From Candidatus Kerfeldbacteria bacterium (lineage in GTDB: Bacteria; Patescibacteriota; Patescibacteriia; SBBC01): DNA of 44,432 nucleotides. A program made the translations under genes and the position numbers. Below the pieces are notes generated by a model, which was not told the origin of the DNA, made no database searches, and saw only the letters and a list, made by a program, of their open reading frames with translations. The stretch covers positions 70,206 through 114,637 of the forward strand of contig JAZDNT010000004.1 in assembly GCA_043799405.1 (NCBI GenBank). The letters are read 5' to 3'. Positions 43,286 to 44,432 of this stretch are shown piece after piece. Each line of letters starts with the position of its first letter. The first letter of the stretch is position 1.

Positions 43286-43895
43286 GAACGTGTTTTTTAA
43301 TCATGGTATTAAATTTTTCTCGCTCCTGGGTTTCCATTTCATCAATATCTATTCTTAGTTCCTTGACCAGTATATTAATGTTTTCCTGGTTCATGCCACG
43401 AAGCTGCCGAGTCTTGAAATATAGCAGATCATACAGTGCCTTTGAGGGTGAGGCGATAAAAAAGTCAAATCGACCTTTAACCAATGAGAAGCCTGAAAAT
43501 AAATCTTTCTTGATTGACTGATAGGCAAAATTTCCAGCCTTTGTCTGATACTCTCTTGTAACTTTCAACGTTACCGAGGTTACAGAATGGATAGCTTCCG
43601 TTGTGAGATTATAATACTGAAGCGCTGCCCATGAACTGACATATGACGGAGTTCGAATAACGTTGGCGAGATAAAACGAATAGGAAGCTTCACCCTTATT
43701 TTCATTGTAGAAATCTGAGGTTATATATAGCGCCCTCTTTAGCTGGAGAATTTCCTTGGATTTCAAGTAGCGGCTAATGTAGGTATCAACCGTAGTGCGC
43801 ATAAGCCCTAACTGCATTCCAAGCTGGTATACTGTGCTTTTACTGAAATGGGGCAAGCTTTTTAGCTGTTCTAAGAGATTTTTTCGGCTTTTCAT
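43278..43895 (-). CDS. AbiEi-family antitoxin/transcriptional regulator
   Basis: N-terminal wHTH (LKRALY), SYVSSWAALQYYNL, IASPSKALYD. Confidence 0.85.
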   Translation of the reverse strand: MKSRKNLLEQLKSLPHFSKSTVYQLGMQLGLMRTTVDTYISRYLKSKEILQLKRALYITSDFYNENKGEASYSFYLANVIRTPSYVSSWAALQYYNLTTEAIHSVTSVTLKVTREYQTKAGNFAYQSIKKDLFSGFSLVKGRFDFFIASPSKALYDLLYFKTRQLRGMNQENINILVKELRIDIDEMETQEREKFNTMIKKHVHE

Positions 43896-43900
43896 AAATA

Positions 43901-43936
43901 TGACAATAGTGTATCAGATGTGAAATGTAATGTCAA
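43901..43936 (-). promoter_or_regulatory. abiE promoter with an imperfect inverted-repeat operator
   Basis: TTGACA-17-TGA-TACACT; TGACATTA...TATTGTCA brackets the promoter core. Confidence 0.7.
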
Positions 43937-44041
43937 TTTAATGAATATTGAAGTTTTCCCTACTTGAAGGATGTGGGGAAAGAAATTTGAAAGATTTTTA
44001 CCCGCCCCGGGCGATAGCCCGGAAAATAAAAGGGGAATTTC

Positions 44042-44381
44042 AGCTAACGTTTCGGGCTAGCCGAAGTTTGGTCGGGTTACAATTTGCGCGGAGCGCCAAC
44101 CCGACCAAATTTGGGTGAGCGAGCTAATAATCCTATTTTATTCCTCGTAGTTTTTTGATCGTCCATTCAGTATGCCCCCAAAAATATTTCATGGAACCCA
44201 ATAGTGTAATAACGACAAATACTGTTCGCCATGTGTTTGATTCAAAAATAGAAAACCACAACTTCCATAAACCATAGGTGATTAAAATACCCACGAGATA
44301 AAACACTAACGACAGAATGACGATTTTTACTTTCATATATAGTAGATTATTAGCTCGCTCACCGGCTAGCCCGTGTTAGGT
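44042..44381 (-). mobile_element. Giant attC-like site containing a gene in its loop
   Basis: On -: ACCTAAC-a-CGGGCTAGCCG...CGGCTAGCCCG-aaac-GTTAGCT with an inner perfect 19-bp inverted repeat. Confidence 0.75.
44133..44336 (-). CDS. Small 2-TM membrane protein (67 aa)
   Basis: Two hydrophobic helices; fits exactly between the inverted repeats. Confidence 0.7.
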   Translation of the reverse strand: MKVKIVILSLVFYLVGILITYGLWKLWFSIFESNTWRTVFVVITLLGSMKYFWGHTEWTIKKLRGIK

Positions 44382-44393
44382 GATGTCGGCTGG

Positions 44394-44432
44394 CTATTTA
44401 TCAATCCATTTATATTTAAAAATACTCTTCCA
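44394..44432 (-). CDS. 3' end of an upstream cassette gene (...WKSIFKYKWIDK*), 5'-truncated by the window
   Basis: 13 open codons ending TAG 12 nt before the attC inverse core, the spacing expected for a cassette gene. Confidence 0.4.
   Translation of the reverse strand, partial: WKSIFKYKWIDK

Noticed and set aside
41969-44005. Classical IS/composite transposon explanation for the 27-bp IR
   Set aside because: No transposase between or beside the repeats and no target-site duplication; the IRs run into attC core sites instead.

Overview
Chromosomal origin region of a bacterium, by inference Patescibacteria/CPR (Parcubacteria-like). That inference rests on the short YidC, the DHH-pilB pair, the VanW/SpoIID/O-antigen-ligase-like surface genes and the near absence of Shine-Dalgarno motifs at core genes. 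The genetic code is standard (TGA is a stop). The core block is tyrS, PBP1A, dciA-like, dnaN, oriC, dnaA, rpmH, rnpA, yidD, yidC, followed by tsaE, DHH, pilB, valS, tsaD, tRNA-Glu, hsp20, ruvB and a surface-glycan operon. Main signals not shown by the ORF track: (1) an AT-rich integron-like attC cassette array at the right end, where one attC-like hairpin holds a complete small gene in its loop and the AbiE toxin-antitoxin cassette is bracketed by long inverted repeats; (2) a five-gene AT-rich operon beside tRNA-Glu with four tandem small HTH proteins and a wHTH/PD-(D/E)xK-like nuclease, a candidate undescribed defence system; (3) an ultrashort-Stem-I T-box riboswitch with a Val specifier upstream of valS; (4) a strongly promoted, structured ncRNA of about 160 nt between vanW and ruvB; (5) a Bacillus-type DnaA-box/DnaA-trio unwinding module just upstream of dnaN. 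All calls were made by eye; no database search or folding program was run.
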